Shown here: positions 10,549 to 22,400 of the stretch, piece by piece
Layout: every line of letters begins with the position of its first letter
Numbering within the stretch: position 1 is the stretch's first letter
Source: an uncultured delta proteobacterium
GTDB lineage: Bacteria; Desulfobacterota; Desulfomonilia; UBA1062
Direction: 5' to 3'
Assembly: GCA_963752595.1 (NCBI GenBank)
Contig: CAVVYZ010000017.1
Span: forward strand, 160,001-224,000
DNA: 64,000 nt
The notes under the pieces: generated by a model
The model's database searches: none
What the model saw: only the letters and a program-made list of their open reading frames with translations
What the model was told of the DNA's origin: nothing
Program-made: the position numbers and the translations under genes

Positions 10549-13014
10549 TTAACGTGCCGGCAGGTCAATGATAACCTTAGTGAATTCGCCGACTCTGCTA
10601 TCGAACCACAGCCTGCCGCCGTGATTCCTGATGATCCCATGGCTGATATTCAGTCCTAGACCCGTCCCCTCGTTCAGGGGCTTCGTGGTAAAAAACGGAG
10701 AGCCGATCTTGTCGAGGATCTCTTCCGGTATTCCCGTGCCATGATCGCAGACAACGATCCTCATGGCTTTCCCCTTCTTCATCCTCGCTTTCTCGGCGCG
10801 GATCTCGATGATCTTGTTCCGGTGGACTCCCCGGTATTTCTGGTTCAAAGCATAACGGGCATTGCTTATGACATTCAGAAAGACCTGCTGGAGCTGCTGG
10901 CTGTTGCAGTAGAGTTTCGGAAGCAGGCCGTTCACATCGATCTTTAAGGAGATGCCGTCATTCTCGAGCTGCTTGGCGACCAGCCCGAGACAGGAACTGA
11001 GGATCTCATCCAATGAGGTTGATATAAATTCATCATTTCTCACCCTGGCGAAAGAAAGGAGATTGTGGACGATCCCTGCAACACGCTCCCCTTCTTGGAC
11101 AATTCTCTGCAGGATTTCATGGTCTGCAGGCGTTTTCCCTGTCTCCTCCAGAAGTATCTGGGCATAGTTGAGTATCCCGTTGATCGGGTTGTTGATCTCG
11201 TGAGCCACGCCTGCGGCAAGCTCGCCGAGTGATGCAAGCTGGCCGACGCGGACAGCCTCGGCCTCATACGCCTTCTTCTCCGTGGTGTCCCTGATAAGCT
11301 CAAGTATAAGCTCGGGTGAACCATCTTCATACCTGGTCACGATGCTCGTGGTGCTCCAGAAATCCATCTTCTTTTCGCTGCCGGGGATCATGCAGCTGCC
11401 CTCCCGCTCATACGTGCCCCCTTTGTAAAAGCACTGTTCGCCGATGCACGGGTCACAGGGGAGATCACTGCCGTGGATGATCTGATGGCATTTGTTGCTC
11501 ATCAATTCCGGGAAGAGGGAAAGGGCCTTTTCATTGGCCCATACCACCGAGTACGACCTGTCGATGATGATCATATAGTCTGTGACCGATCCCAGGATCG
11601 CAGAAAGCTTCTCTTCGCTCTCCCTGAGCGCTTTTTCGGCACGGACTGCATCCGAGGTGTCGATTCCCACCCCGACCTGATACATTTTACCGTCGATCTG
11701 TGTTCTCACCCCGGTGAAGTAATGAGGGGCCTCTATGCCGTCCTTGCTGACGACGATGGTGTTGGTGAACGCCTTGCCTCTGCTGAAAACTTCATGAATC
11801 TTATCTGCAATATTAGCCTTCTCCCTTTGCGGGAAGAAATCAAGGGCACGAACACTGTCCATCTCATGGGTAGAATAACCACCTACATTCTCCACAGGCT
11901 TATTCCATTTTATGAAACGGCCCGATTTATCGATCATGTAGAAGATGCATGGCAGCGACTTGACGATGACTTCAGAGAAATTCTTCTGCTTCAGCAGATT
12001 TTTTTCCGCTTTTCTCAAATTATCGATGACCTTCTCGAGCCTCTTGTTTGTCCGGTTCAGCTCGTAGGTCCTTTTCTGGACAAGTTCTTCAAGGCGGGTT
12101 TTGTACTTGCGCAGCTCTTTCTCGGCACTCCTTGCATCAGTGACATCGCGGACGATCCCGCGGAACCCTGTCGGGACATTGGATGCATTCATCATGAGAG
12201 ACACCGAAAATTCGACAAGGCGTTTTGTCTTGTCCTTTCTGATTATCTCCCACTCGAAGGCCTTGACAGGTTTGCCTGTCCTGAAAACTCGGTTGTATAT
12301 TGTGAAGATCCTTTTGGTGTAGCTGGGTCCGGCGAACACTTTGTACGGCATGCCCACCATGTCTTTCTTGGAGTACCCTATGATTTTGCAGAACGCATCA
12401 TTGAAGAAAATCACCCTTCCCTGGAGATCCACCTCGTAATACCCGTCCTCGATCTGGTCAAGGATGGTCCTGGACTTCTCTTCAGACTTGAAAAGTGCCT
12501 CTTCCACCTCCTTGTGGGAAGTGAGGTCCTGGAGCGTTTCCACTGCGCCTATGGTAACACCGTCGAGGTCCTTCAGAGGGGAGGCCGTGCAGAAGATCCA
12601 TTTCCCTTTGTCCCCGAGATGGGGGAAAAAGAGTTCTACTGCATAGGCCCCTTCTCTGCGGCTTATCCTGCGGAAGTTCTTACCGTAGTAGGCCTCTATC
12701 TGTTCTCTTGCGGTATTGTCGACTACAAGATCCGCAAGGGTCTTTTTTTTGCGTGAATAAAAAGGCGACCATTGCCTTTTCGTATGGAGAATCTCTACCC
12801 TGTTATACCCGGTAAGTCGTTCGTATGCCTTATTGCAGTGTGTGACGCGATGTTCCCTGTCAATGACAAAGGCTGCGATGGGGATGGATTCGATTATGTT
12901 GGAAAGTTCGTGTTCTTTCTCAAGAAGCAGTCTGATGGTGAGCTGCGTATCGTGCAAGTTATCCTCAAGCCTGCAGATCCTATCCTTCTCCATGCTGATC
13001 GTGGGCCCACCCAT
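10549..13014 (-). CDS. Multi-PAS cytoplasmic sensor histidine kinase
   Basis: Four PAS-like repeats, AHEINNP H-box, NARYA, DHGTGI, GTGLGL; no obvious TM segment; GGAGG 8 nt before ATG 13014. Confidence 0.92.
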   Translation of the reverse strand: MGGPTISMEKDRICRLEDNLHDTQLTIRLLLEKEHELSNIIESIPIAAFVIDREHRVTHCNKAYERLTGYNRVEILHTKRQWSPFYSRKKKTLADLVVDNTAREQIEAYYGKNFRRISRREGAYAVELFFPHLGDKGKWIFCTASPLKDLDGVTIGAVETLQDLTSHKEVEEALFKSEEKSRTILDQIEDGYYEVDLQGRVIFFNDAFCKIIGYSKKDMVGMPYKVFAGPSYTKRIFTIYNRVFRTGKPVKAFEWEIIRKDKTKRLVEFSVSLMMNASNVPTGFRGIVRDVTDARSAEKELRKYKTRLEELVQKRTYELNRTNKRLEKVIDNLRKAEKNLLKQKNFSEVIVKSLPCIFYMIDKSGRFIKWNKPVENVGGYSTHEMDSVRALDFFPQREKANIADKIHEVFSRGKAFTNTIVVSKDGIEAPHYFTGVRTQIDGKMYQVGVGIDTSDAVRAEKALRESEEKLSAILGSVTDYMIIIDRSYSVVWANEKALSLFPELMSNKCHQIIHGSDLPCDPCIGEQCFYKGGTYEREGSCMIPGSEKKMDFWSTTSIVTRYEDGSPELILELIRDTTEKKAYEAEAVRVGQLASLGELAAGVAHEINNPINGILNYAQILLEETGKTPADHEILQRIVQEGERVAGIVHNLLSFARVRNDEFISTSLDEILSSCLGLVAKQLENDGISLKIDVNGLLPKLYCNSQQLQQVFLNVISNARYALNQKYRGVHRNKIIEIRAEKARMKKGKAMRIVVCDHGTGIPEEILDKIGSPFFTTKPLNEGTGLGLNISHGIIRNHGGRLWFDSRVGEFTKVIIDLPAR

Positions 13015-13402
13015 ACCCACCACCTCCAGGGTTTATTCATACAAGGATCTTCAATCCATAAACAAATCATACAGCATTTTTAGATAAATAACCACTTGTG
13101 CAAGATGCTGATATCAAATTGATTCTTTACGGTCACATAAAGCTGCATTGCTGCCTGGCCGTATTCTTGGGAGAAATAGCCCACCTATAGGGCGTAAATA
13201 TTTTGAGGAGAACCGAGTCTCCTCCCCTTGACAGCAGAATAGGAGACAGATAAACATTCACGATTGTACGAAAACATCTTGGGCAGGGGATGGACAGTCT
13301 CTCATTGATTCAGGGACGATGGCTCCGGAGGAAGCTCGCACATCGACATTGGTCGTGATTAAGAAGCGGGTCGGGCTTACTATAAGCTGTGAAGGAGTTT
13401 AT

Positions 13403-13888
13403 ATGCAGGAGAAGGCATTTCAGGACTATTATCCGGATCATTTCAGCCACTGCTACGGATGCGGCAGGTTGAATGAGCATGGACTGAAGATCAGGAGCTT
13501 CTGGGATGGAGAGGAAACCGTCTGCACCTTCACCCCTGAGCAGCAGCACAGCGCGATACCCGGATTTGTCTACGGAGGGCTGCTCGCATCCTTGATCGAC
13601 TGTCACAGCACCGGCTCCGCCGCGGCTTTCGCCCATCGGGATGAAGGCAGGGAGTTCGGCAGTGAGCCGGCTATCCGTTTCCTCACCGCATCTCTTAACG
13701 TCGATTTTCTCAAGCCTACGCCGCTCGGGGTTCCCCTGACCTTAAGATCTCATGCCAAAGAGATCAAGGGGCGCAAGGTAATAGTTGTTACCGAACTTTC
13801 GGCAGAAGGAAACGTGTGCGTAAAGGGAGAAGTGGTTGCTGTAAGGGTCCCCGAGCATCTTCATGGACAAGCAGAAACGAAATTTTGA
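13403..13888 (+). CDS. PaaI/hotdog-fold thioesterase
   Basis: HCYGCG, VYGGLLASLIDCH, LNVDFLKPTP; SD AAGGAG. Confidence 0.85.
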   Translation: MQEKAFQDYYPDHFSHCYGCGRLNEHGLKIRSFWDGEETVCTFTPEQQHSAIPGFVYGGLLASLIDCHSTGSAAAFAHRDEGREFGSEPAIRFLTASLNVDFLKPTPLGVPLTLRSHAKEIKGRKVIVVTELSAEGNVCVKGEVVAVRVPEHLHGQAETKF

Positions 13889-14118
13889 CAAGGAAGCCTC
13901 TTTCTGGGACAACGCGCCCGGCCGGGTCACACTGGCAAACGATGTCGTAATAGTCGTCATGGAAGAGATCAGTTCAATAGCCGAGAGGAATGTATAAAAG
14001 ACTTCCTTTTTTATAAACGTGCTTAAAAAGGCACATCACCTGTACTTTTAGGGGTTGTGTCGAAGGGAATGTGTGTAAAATATGTGCAGACTGCCAGCAA
14101 AGCAAGTCTGGGTCTAAT

Positions 14119-14149
14119 CTGGAGGGGGTTCGATTCCCCCCCTCCACCA
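14119..14149 (+). other. Isolated tmRNA/tRNA-like 3' end (T-arm plus acceptor 3' strand with CCA), probable att-site remnant
   Basis: CTGGA-GGGGG-TTCGATT-CCCCC-CCTCCACCA; no matching 5' half found upstream. Confidence 0.6.
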
Positions 14150-14219
14150 TTATGGTATTGATCCCAATGAGATAAGACTGGTCAAGGTCCTTTATTCATC
14201 AGCGCAACCGCTCATCGAC

Positions 14220-14846
14220 CTAATTCCTGTATCTCAATCTGTGTCTTGCCAGGCAGATTAAGCCTGATCCCAGAAGAAGCAGCGTGGAAGGCTCTGGAAC
14301 CGTGGAACTATTATACTTAATGTCATCCATGGTAAAAACACGACCTGGAAACTCGAAATCACTGCCGAGACGTTCCACCCAGATTGTCGAAGCCCCAGTG
14401 AAATTTGCCTCCAGGAAACTGGGAGCTTCTGAAAGTGTGGACCATGCACTCAGATTCCCCAGATTATCTCGCAGTCGTATCTGTGTTGCCTGGAACTCGG
14501 TAAACGCACCTTGTGCTAAAGCAAACCATGCTCCATTAAAGAAAACCGGTGCGGCAAAAGAGAAAGACAGATTGTTGGGGCCGAACGCGTTATAAACAAA
14601 ATTGGAGCCTGAATGAGACGTTGCATAAGAAGAATCATCATATACCGACCAGAACCCTGCTTCACCGGTACTCGTTTCATCGCTGGATGTTCCCCAGGTT
14701 AGACCTGCATAGCCGCTGCCGGTCAGATCAGTCCCTCCATTGAGAGTGTCGGGTATCAAATCATCAAAGGTGATCACGATAGCCTGGGCAGGGGATATAA
14801 CGAATACTGCGCAGAGCATGAACAAGAACATTGAAAATCTCTTCAT
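14220..14846 (-). CDS. PEP-CTERM sorting domain protein
   Basis: Signal peptide ending AQA; C-terminal VPEPSTLLLLGSGLICLARHRLRYRN. Confidence 0.93.
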   Translation of the reverse strand: MKRFSMFLFMLCAVFVISPAQAIVITFDDLIPDTLNGGTDLTGSGYAGLTWGTSSDETSTGEAGFWSVYDDSSYATSHSGSNFVYNAFGPNNLSFSFAAPVFFNGAWFALAQGAFTEFQATQIRLRDNLGNLSAWSTLSEAPSFLEANFTGASTIWVERLGSDFEFPGRVFTMDDIKYNSSTVPEPSTLLLLGSGLICLARHRLRYRN

Positions 14847-15184
14847 AAAACCTCCTTGAAGTTCTGAACAAATTTTATAATGGAATGCATGATATGCATT
14901 CTTTATTTCAATGTTTTACCTGTACACACATACCCTCATCTTGTGAGAGCCTTGTCTCTATTCTCTTTCGTTAAGTGCTTCTCCACTTAATGGAGTAAGT
15001 ATCCTAGAAATAATTATACAAATGCTTTCTGTTAACTCAATATCATGACGGGATCAGTTATCAATTTTCATAGATACGAATAGCTACCGAGGCTTCACAT
15101 GAGATGCTCGGCGTTCTCTTCCACGATCCGGATTTCAGGAAAGACCAAAGACACATAATAAATTTTTCCGCATAGGGGAATGAT

Positions 15185-16198
15185 TCAGTGGTCAAGGATC
15201 AAATCACTGCACACCATCTGCCACGTGACTAGGGAGATGAAAAAGAAATTGAGGATAAACCCCAGCATACCTAACCTTCTCTGAATTATGGGTAATGAGT
15301 CCTGCAGGCTGGGCACCTTACGAAAAGGTTTCAGGATGCCGACGCCTGCCCCTGAGATAACACCACCAAGGAGCGTACAATAAAGCAGATAGCCTACATA
15401 GGAGTATTCACGCTGCAGGATGCAGAAAGGGCAGTGATGAGTAGGGAGCTCATAAAAATAGAGACAGATGAACGAGATGAGCGCGAGCACTGACACCAGG
15501 AAGAATCCTGTACTCGAGATCGAAAAGATACTTCCCAGCTTGTCGAAACCTCGATAAAAGAGAACGTCCAAACCCAGCGAGATGAATGCTGTTCCGTAGA
15601 AGGTTGCCCGGAGATACCCTACCGGAAGACTTATTATCATGGAAAAAGGACCTCTGCCGTCTGCCTGACCGGCACTGAAGAGGCTTTCACAGCAGGATGT
15701 AATGACATCGGCCTTCAAACTGAGGAAATATGCCCCCTGAAAGGCTGTCTCAGCGAGCATAAGCGGGGCAAGAAAGAGGAGGAACACATATTTTTTCCTG
15801 ATGAGGGGATGATCTCTGGCCCGGCTGTCAACATGGTTCATGACAAGCCAGAGGCCTGCCAGGATGAGGGTCAGGCCTTTTATCCCAAGCGTAAGGTACC
15901 CATACTCGCCGGCATTCAGGCTTCCTGCTGCGCACATTGCCCCGATGAACAGGCTGTGCAGGTTATCGGCAGCATAGATGAACAGAAAGAAAGACAGGAT
16001 CTCGAAGTCGAAGGCATATGCCATCAGTGTGGAAACAAGGTAGGTCCTTTTTTCCAGCGCGAGCTGTCTTTCGCTCCCGCTGTGCAGGTCCCAATGCCAC
16101 ACTATCTGCAGGCCGAACCATGATGCGATCATGATCATCAGGCTTATCAGGAATGAGCCCGAGAGAAGGGCTATGACGACAGGATTAAGGATCATCAT
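15185..16198 (-). CDS. Polytopic membrane protein with Cys/His motifs, function unknown
   Basis: Many hydrophobic segments; [23 protein letters not shown]; overlaps the stop of the ABC ATPase. Confidence 0.75.
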   Translation of the reverse strand: MMILNPVVIALLSGSFLISLMIMIASWFGLQIVWHWDLHSGSERQLALEKRTYLVSTLMAYAFDFEILSFFLFIYAADNLHSLFIGAMCAAGSLNAGEYGYLTLGIKGLTLILAGLWLVMNHVDSRARDHPLIRKKYVFLLFLAPLMLAETAFQGAYFLSLKADVITSCCESLFSAGQADGRGPFSMIISLPVGYLRATFYGTAFISLGLDVLFYRGFDKLGSIFSISSTGFFLVSVLALISFICLYFYELPTHHCPFCILQREYSYVGYLLYCTLLGGVISGAGVGILKPFRKVPSLQDSLPIIQRRLGMLGFILNFFFISLVTWQMVCSDLILDH

Positions 16199-16872
16199 CC
16201 ATGCTCCGTAATGAAGCCGTCTCTTATCTCTATGACGTGGTCCACGATTTTTGAGCCATAAACAATGGGGTCGTGGCTTGCAAAGAGGACTATCTTCCCA
16301 CTGTGTTTAAGCTTCTCCATGGTATCCATGAAATCAATGGACAGCTTCGTGTCCAGGTGTGCGGTCGGCTCGTCGGCAATCACGACATCCGGATCATTGA
16401 TCAGTGCTCTGGCAATGGCTACCCTCTGGGCTTCGCCTCCGGACAGCCATTCCACCTTTGCATCTGCCCTGTGGACAATATTCAGCATTACAAAGAGGCG
16501 AAGCGCTCTTTTCTTGAGCGCACGATATCCCTTCCCGGTCGGATAACCGGGAAGCATAACATTCTCCAGGGCCGTAATCCCCCGGATGAGATTCAGCTGC
16601 TGGAAGATGAAACCGAAGGTTTTTCTCCTGATCTCCGTCAGGAACCGCTCGGGAAGGCTGGATATTTCTTCCCCCCTGATGTAGATCCGACCCGCTGTAG
16701 GCTTTGCCATACAGCCGATCAGAGAAAGGAGGGTCGTCTTCCCTGACCCGCTGGGTCCCCTGAATACCATGATACGGCTCCCGTCTATCTCCAGGTTTAC
16801 ATCTCGTAATGCAATGAATTCATTGGGCCTGCCCTTGTTGAACACTTTGGTGACTTTCTCAAGATCTATCAT
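16195..16872 (-). CDS. ABC transporter ATP-binding protein (LolD/MacB-like)
   Basis: [28 protein letters not shown]. Confidence 0.92.
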   Translation of the reverse strand: MIDLEKVTKVFNKGRPNEFIALRDVNLEIDGSRIMVFRGPSGSGKTTLLSLIGCMAKPTAGRIYIRGEEISSLPERFLTEIRRKTFGFIFQQLNLIRGITALENVMLPGYPTGKGYRALKKRALRLFVMLNIVHRADAKVEWLSGGEAQRVAIARALINDPDVVIADEPTAHLDTKLSIDFMDTMEKLKHSGKIVLFASHDPIVYGSKIVDHVIEIRDGFITEHG

Positions 16873-16895
16873 GGCGGCCTTTAAAGAGATCCCTG

Positions 16896-18029
16896 TCAGA
16901 AGCGCATTGCCGAGTCGGGCTCTATGGTTGATGCAAGCCATGACGGGATGATGGTCGCAACCGTGTAGGGTATGACCGTAAGGAAGAGAAGCACTGCTAT
17001 CTCATAGAGATCGATCGCGGGGACAAGCCTGAAATGAGGATACACGACCGCCCACCCTTTCAGAACCGGCTCGAAGAGGGTCGAAGAGGCAAAGAAAACA
17101 TGGATATAGGCAAGGATAATACCTGCAAGGAATGACGACAGAGAGATAATAAGGCCTTCCCATGACTTCAGAGCGATCACCTCGCGGGTATCCCACCCGA
17201 TTGCTTTGAGGATGCCGATCTCCCTTCTCTCTTCCATGCTCAGACTGGTGGCCTTGTCCCAGGCAAAGATCAGGAAGGCCAGGATCGCCCCGGTGAAGAT
17301 GACCAGCAGGATGCCGCTGCGCCATGCGAATGCGGCTTCATACGTCCTCAGGATTTCATCCCGGAGGATCGGCCTCGTGTCAGGGAATAGCCTCAGAATC
17401 TTATGTGCAACCGCGATCCTCTCACGTGCATTCCTGACCTTCATGGTGACATCGGTATAATACGTCTCCGGAATGCCGAAGAGGCCCCTGAAGTCATTCT
17501 CCGACAGTTCGATGAGATCAGCCGACACCAGTTCCGACTCGCTGGAAAACGTATCTACTACCTCAAAGCTCTGGTAGGACCCGTCATGTCCCCGGAGAGC
17601 TATCATATCACCTTCCCCTGCCCCGAGTGCCCTTGCTACACCCTGGCCCATTACAACATTCCCTTCTTCCCGGTCTGTTCTATCGGTTGCAAGAATGGTA
17701 TAGTTGGCGGACAGGGATGCATCGGAATAGTAGGCCCACAAGCGGCCCTGCACATCGGATACACCGGTAATTTTCAGCAGTTCATCTATATAACGGGCAG
17801 GGATCAAAGCCTGCCTCCCGGCAACGAGCCGCTGAACGACAATGTCCGGGCTTCCTTCAAGCACGGCATTCGCCTCTTTCTTGATGGCCTGGGTGAAAAA
17901 GACGATCGAGGCCAGGATAAAAACGATAAGGGTATACACCGCCGTGAGCGCAAGGTTCTTATTCGATCGCCGCATCAGCGACAACAGTGCAAAATCGATT
18001 AAGTATCTTTGCCTTTCAATCCAGATCAT
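16896..18029 (-). CDS. FtsX/MacB-like ABC permease
   Basis: N-terminal TM, periplasmic domain, [13 protein letters not shown] motif, three C-terminal TMs. Confidence 0.88.
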   Translation of the reverse strand: MIWIERQRYLIDFALLSLMRRSNKNLALTAVYTLIVFILASIVFFTQAIKKEANAVLEGSPDIVVQRLVAGRQALIPARYIDELLKITGVSDVQGRLWAYYSDASLSANYTILATDRTDREEGNVVMGQGVARALGAGEGDMIALRGHDGSYQSFEVVDTFSSESELVSADLIELSENDFRGLFGIPETYYTDVTMKVRNARERIAVAHKILRLFPDTRPILRDEILRTYEAAFAWRSGILLVIFTGAILAFLIFAWDKATSLSMEERREIGILKAIGWDTREVIALKSWEGLIISLSSFLAGIILAYIHVFFASSTLFEPVLKGWAVVYPHFRLVPAIDLYEIAVLLFLTVIPYTVATIIPSWLASTIEPDSAMRF

Positions 18030-18324
18030 ATCGGGTCAGGTGAGGCGGCGGCAACATAAGCGCACCGGAAGGAAAATAGTCAAGGGACATCGGGCTGTCC
18101 TGGAAAGAAGAATGGATATCAGCCATTGACGGGTTCCTTGTGTACCGGGCATCGGTGAAGAGGCAGATATCAGTGAGTCTGTAAACTTCGACCAGATGTC
18201 TTTCATCTTTCAGCATTGCTGCCCCGGCTTTTGAACAGATATGGGCGTGAAGGAAAAGGATTGCCAGAATCGTGAGGTTCAAGACAAGGTAGAGCATGAA
18301 AGCATTCGATTTTCTTTGCCGCAT
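18016..18324 (-). CDS. Small membrane-anchored hypothetical protein
   Basis: 102 aa with N-terminal TM; tightly packed in the operon. Confidence 0.65.
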   Translation of the reverse strand: MRQRKSNAFMLYLVLNLTILAILFLHAHICSKAGAAMLKDERHLVEVYRLTDICLFTDARYTRNPSMADIHSSFQDSPMSLDYFPSGALMLPPPHLTRYDLD

Positions 18325-18798
18325 TCAGTCGAGACCTCTGATGATTGAAGCCGTGATATCATTGTACCCGAGTGTGGCTTTCCCATGGTGATCGGTCATG
18401 AATTCCCTTGCCTCGGACTCTTTCTCGAAGGGTATGAGTTCTCTACCCATGGGGCCATAGACATCGCTGCCCATGACATAGAAGGCCTTTCTCGCATCAA
18501 TGGGGGTGAGCCGGTAGTACTCGGTCACGTAAAGAGAGGCTATGTCGTCCGGGTTTTTTCCCGGGCTGTACTTGGAAAGGGCATGAAGATACTTGAACAT
18601 ATCCTTTGCTCCGTCAAAGAAGCCGATGCTTGAATCTCTGAAGATTACCCGGGCAAGAAAATCCGGATATTTAAAGATAAACATGCCGCAGACAGGGCAC
18701 TTGTCAGCCTTCCCGGGTTTCCGGAACTCAGAGGTTCCTGCCTGTGCGAGGGAAACCGCCATAAGCATCATGAATCCGATGCACACGGTTCTTTTCAT
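18325..18798 (-). CDS. NosL-family copper chaperone-like protein
   Basis: Signal peptide, CPVCGM, FDGAKDM, GSDVYGPMG, FMTDHHG. Confidence 0.82.
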   Translation of the reverse strand: MKRTVCIGFMMLMAVSLAQAGTSEFRKPGKADKCPVCGMFIFKYPDFLARVIFRDSSIGFFDGAKDMFKYLHALSKYSPGKNPDDIASLYVTEYYRLTPIDARKAFYVMGSDVYGPMGRELIPFEKESEAREFMTDHHGKATLGYNDITASIIRGLD

Positions 18799-18859
18799 GA
18801 TTATACCCATCCGGATTTTCATCCTTCCCGTGTAAGACCTGTTACCCACATTGGCCTTC

Positions 18860-19378
18860 CTACATGTTCATTTTCCCCATCTTTTTCATCTTCCTTTTTT
18901 CTCGGATCATCTTTGTGTCCGGATACATGTCATCATACGAGCACTTGATCGCTTCCTCAAAGCCCTGAAGCGCCCCGCCGTTTACCTTGATAAAATCCTC
19001 CGCATCCGCCTTGTTCTCAAAGGCCCACTTTGCTCTCTTGGTCATTACTCCGGGCTTGCTTCCTCCGATAATCCAATAAGCCTTCTCCGTATCAATCAGC
19101 TTCTTAGTCTTGTGGTCCCCCACCTCGATGGATTTGGGCGTTTTGTCCAGGCTCAATGCCAGCTCTACTGCGGCACAGTGCAGGCTGCATGTGCCTGCAG
19201 AAGTTCCGTCGTCATAGGTTATGAGCACCCGGCTGTGCGAGAACAGAGTTCGATCCATGCCGCAGTACTTGCAGGCCTTGTACATGCTCAGATCATCATC
19301 CTGAGCATTGCAGAGGCCCGCAGGCAAGCCGAAAGCAACCATTGCCATCAAGAAAACCATGCTTTTTATCGTTCCCAT
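18860..19378 (-). CDS. Second NosL-family protein
   Basis: Signal peptide, CKYCGM, CSLHC, PGVM; Met-rich C-terminal tail. Confidence 0.8.
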   Translation of the reverse strand: MGTIKSMVFLMAMVAFGLPAGLCNAQDDDLSMYKACKYCGMDRTLFSHSRVLITYDDGTSAGTCSLHCAAVELALSLDKTPKSIEVGDHKTKKLIDTEKAYWIIGGSKPGVMTKRAKWAFENKADAEDFIKVNGGALQGFEEAIKCSYDDMYPDTKMIREKRKMKKMGKMNM

Positions 19379-19483
19379 AATGAAACCTCCTAATGGGGAC
19401 TAGCCGTCCCTTTATTTATTGCCGGAGCATTTCTCCCTGCACCGGCTATGCTCTTCAGTGATCAGTGCCGGTGCTCTATAAGT

Positions 19484-22400
19484 TTACATGACCATCCGCT
19501 GATTCTTCATCTGAGCCCTTCCCCACAGCAGGAATATGGCGGGATAAATAGCCAGCTCAAGGATCGTCGAAGTCACTACCCCGCCGATCATGGGGGCAGC
19601 TATGCGCTTCATGACCTCCGAGCCCATGCCGGTGCTGAACATAATGGGCACCAGACCCGCAAGTATAGTGGTGACGGTCATTACCTTGGGCCTTAGTCTC
19701 CTGACAGCGCCGTGCTTGATCGCCTCTCTGAGGTCAGTATCTGTCTTCAGCCTTCCCTGATCGCGCCACTGCCGGAAAGCCAGATCCAGGTAGAGGAGCA
19801 TGATGACACCCGTCTCTGCATCAAGGCCTGCCAGGGCAATGATCCCCACCCATACGGCTGTACTCATGTTGTAGTTGAGCAGATGGATGAGCCAGAAAGA
19901 GCCCACTAGAGAGAAAGGTACAGCCAGAAACACGATGGCTGTTTTTGTTAATGAGCGGGTATTGAGGTAGATGATGAAAAAGATAATGCACAGCGTGAAT
20001 GGGATAACGACCATTAACCGGCTCTTGGCCTTTTCCATGTATTGGTATTCGCCCCCCCACTCCAGACGATATCCGTCAGGGATCTTGATGCTTGCAATAT
20101 TCTTGTTGACAGCATCGATGTACGAACCTGTGTCGATGCCGGCAAAGTGGATATACACGGAGGCGCTCAGCATGCCCTGCTCGCTTTTGATGAGCGATGG
20201 ACCGTTGGTGATGCGGATATCGGCAAGCTCGCGGATCGGGACTTGGGCAATGGTGCCGATGCTGGGGCCGGAACCGGAGAAATATACAGCAGGGGCACTA
20301 AGCTCAACCGGAACAAGCACCCTGCCGACAGAATCAAGTTCGCCCCGGAATTCCCGTTCGTAGCGGACATTGACAGGATAACGCGCCCTGCCTTCGATGG
20401 TCGTCGTCAGGTTCACGCCGCCGATTGAGGCCTGGATGGCTGAGTTCACATCGTCGACCGTGAGGTTGTACCGTGCCGCCTCATCCCTCTTCACTGTTAT
20501 GTCGAGGTAGTATCCGGTATTGACCTTCTCGGCATATACGGTGACCGTGCCCGGGACCTGCTTGATCAGCTTCTCCAGATCGGTCCCGATACGCTCTATG
20601 GTCGAGAGGTCGGGTCCCAGGATCTTGATCCCCAGAGGTGTCCGGATGCCTGTCGAGAGCATGTCGATGCGTGCCTTGATCGGCGTGGTGAAGGCATTGG
20701 CCAGGCCGGGTATCTGCAATCTCTCGTGCATCTCTTCGACGAGCTTCTGGACCGTCATGCCCGGCCGCCATTCTGACTCGTCCTTCAGGTTTATGACTGT
20801 TTCGAACATCTCCAGAGGGGCCGGATCTGTGGCTGTTTCAGCCCGTCCTGCCTTGCCGAATACCTGTGCCACCTCAGGGATGGCTGCAAGTGTTCCATCT
20901 TGTACCTTGAGCAGATTCGAAACCTCCGAAATGGACACGCCGGGTGCCGTGACCGGCATGTAGAAGATCGAGCCCTCGAAAAGTGGGGGCATGAATTCGG
21001 ACCCTAGTTTCATCACAGGGTACAGGGTAATTGCGATGACGATCAATGCAGCAATGAAAACCTTGTTCGGGTGTTTAAGGCTGAAGCTTACGACCGGCTC
21101 GTAGATCCGTTGGAGCGATCTGTTCAGGGGATTATCATGCTCTGGTCTTAACCGCCCCCTGATGAGGATTGTCATGAGTGCAGGCGTGAGCGTCACTGCA
21201 AGCAGCGATGCCGTGAGCATGGCAAAAGTTTTGGCAAATGCCAGGGGTCTGAAGAGCCGCCCGGCTTGATCCTGCAGGGCAAAAACCGGCAGGAAGGCCA
21301 CGGTAATGACCAGAAGGGCGAAAAAGAGGGAAGGACCCACTTCTGTTATTGCAGAGACGAGCACCTCTGCCCGACTTTCTCTCCGCCCACCCGCCTCCCA
21401 TTCCTCAAGCTTCTTGTGGGCGTTTTCCACCATGATGATTCCTGCATCCACCATGACCCCGATGGTGATCGCAATGCCGCTCATGCTCATGATATTGGAG
21501 GTGACGCCAAAGAAGGAGAGAAACAGGAAGGAAAGGATAATGGCACCCGGTAGTGTGAGGAGTATCACCAGGGCGCTGGGCAGGTGCATGAGGAATATCA
21601 TGCAGACGATGCTCACTGCGATGATGAGCTTGGTTATCTCGTCGCGGAGCGTGCGGATGGATTTCATGATGAGGTCCGACCGATCGTAGGTGGTGATGAT
21701 CTCGACACCGTCCGGCAGGCTGGGCGCGATATCGCGCCCGATCTTCTCCTTCACCCGCTCCAGCACCTTGAGGACGTTCTCGCCGTACCTGACGACTACG
21801 ATCCCGCCTACGACCTCTCCCTTACCGTCTAGATCGGCAATCCCCCTGCGGATCTCGGGCCCGATCTGCACTCTCGCAATGTCGCGGAGGTATATGGGGG
21901 CTCCCCTGCCGTCAGTCCCCAGGGGAACGATCTCCAGATCCCTTGCCTCACGGATGTAGCCCATGCCCCGAACGATGTATTCCGCACCGGAGAACTCTAT
22001 GACCCGCCCCTCTATGTCGTTATTGCTCTTCCTTATGGTTTCGAAGACCCTGGTAATGGGGATTCCGTAGGCCAGGAGGCGGTTCGGATCGATGTTCACC
22101 TGGTACTGCTTGATGAAGCCGCCGATGGTCGCCACCTGGGCAACACCGGGCACGCTTTCCAGCGACAACTTCAGGTTGTAGTCCTGGAGGGAACGCAGTT
22201 CAGACAGGTCCAGAACTCCTTTCCTGTCTTTGATTGCATAGCAGAAGCCCCATCCCACGCTCGATGCATCCGGCCCCAGGAGGGGATTCACCTCTGCCGG
22301 GATTTTACCCTTCACCCCCTGCAGGTACTCAAGGACCCGGCTCCTGGCCCAGTAAATGTCTGTCCCGTCCTCGAAAATGGCATAGATGAAGGAGCTGCCA

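Noticed and set aside
13890-14150. Complete tRNA or tmRNA gene
   Set aside because: Only the 3' T-arm and CCA end are present; no complementary 5' acceptor strand or other arms were found
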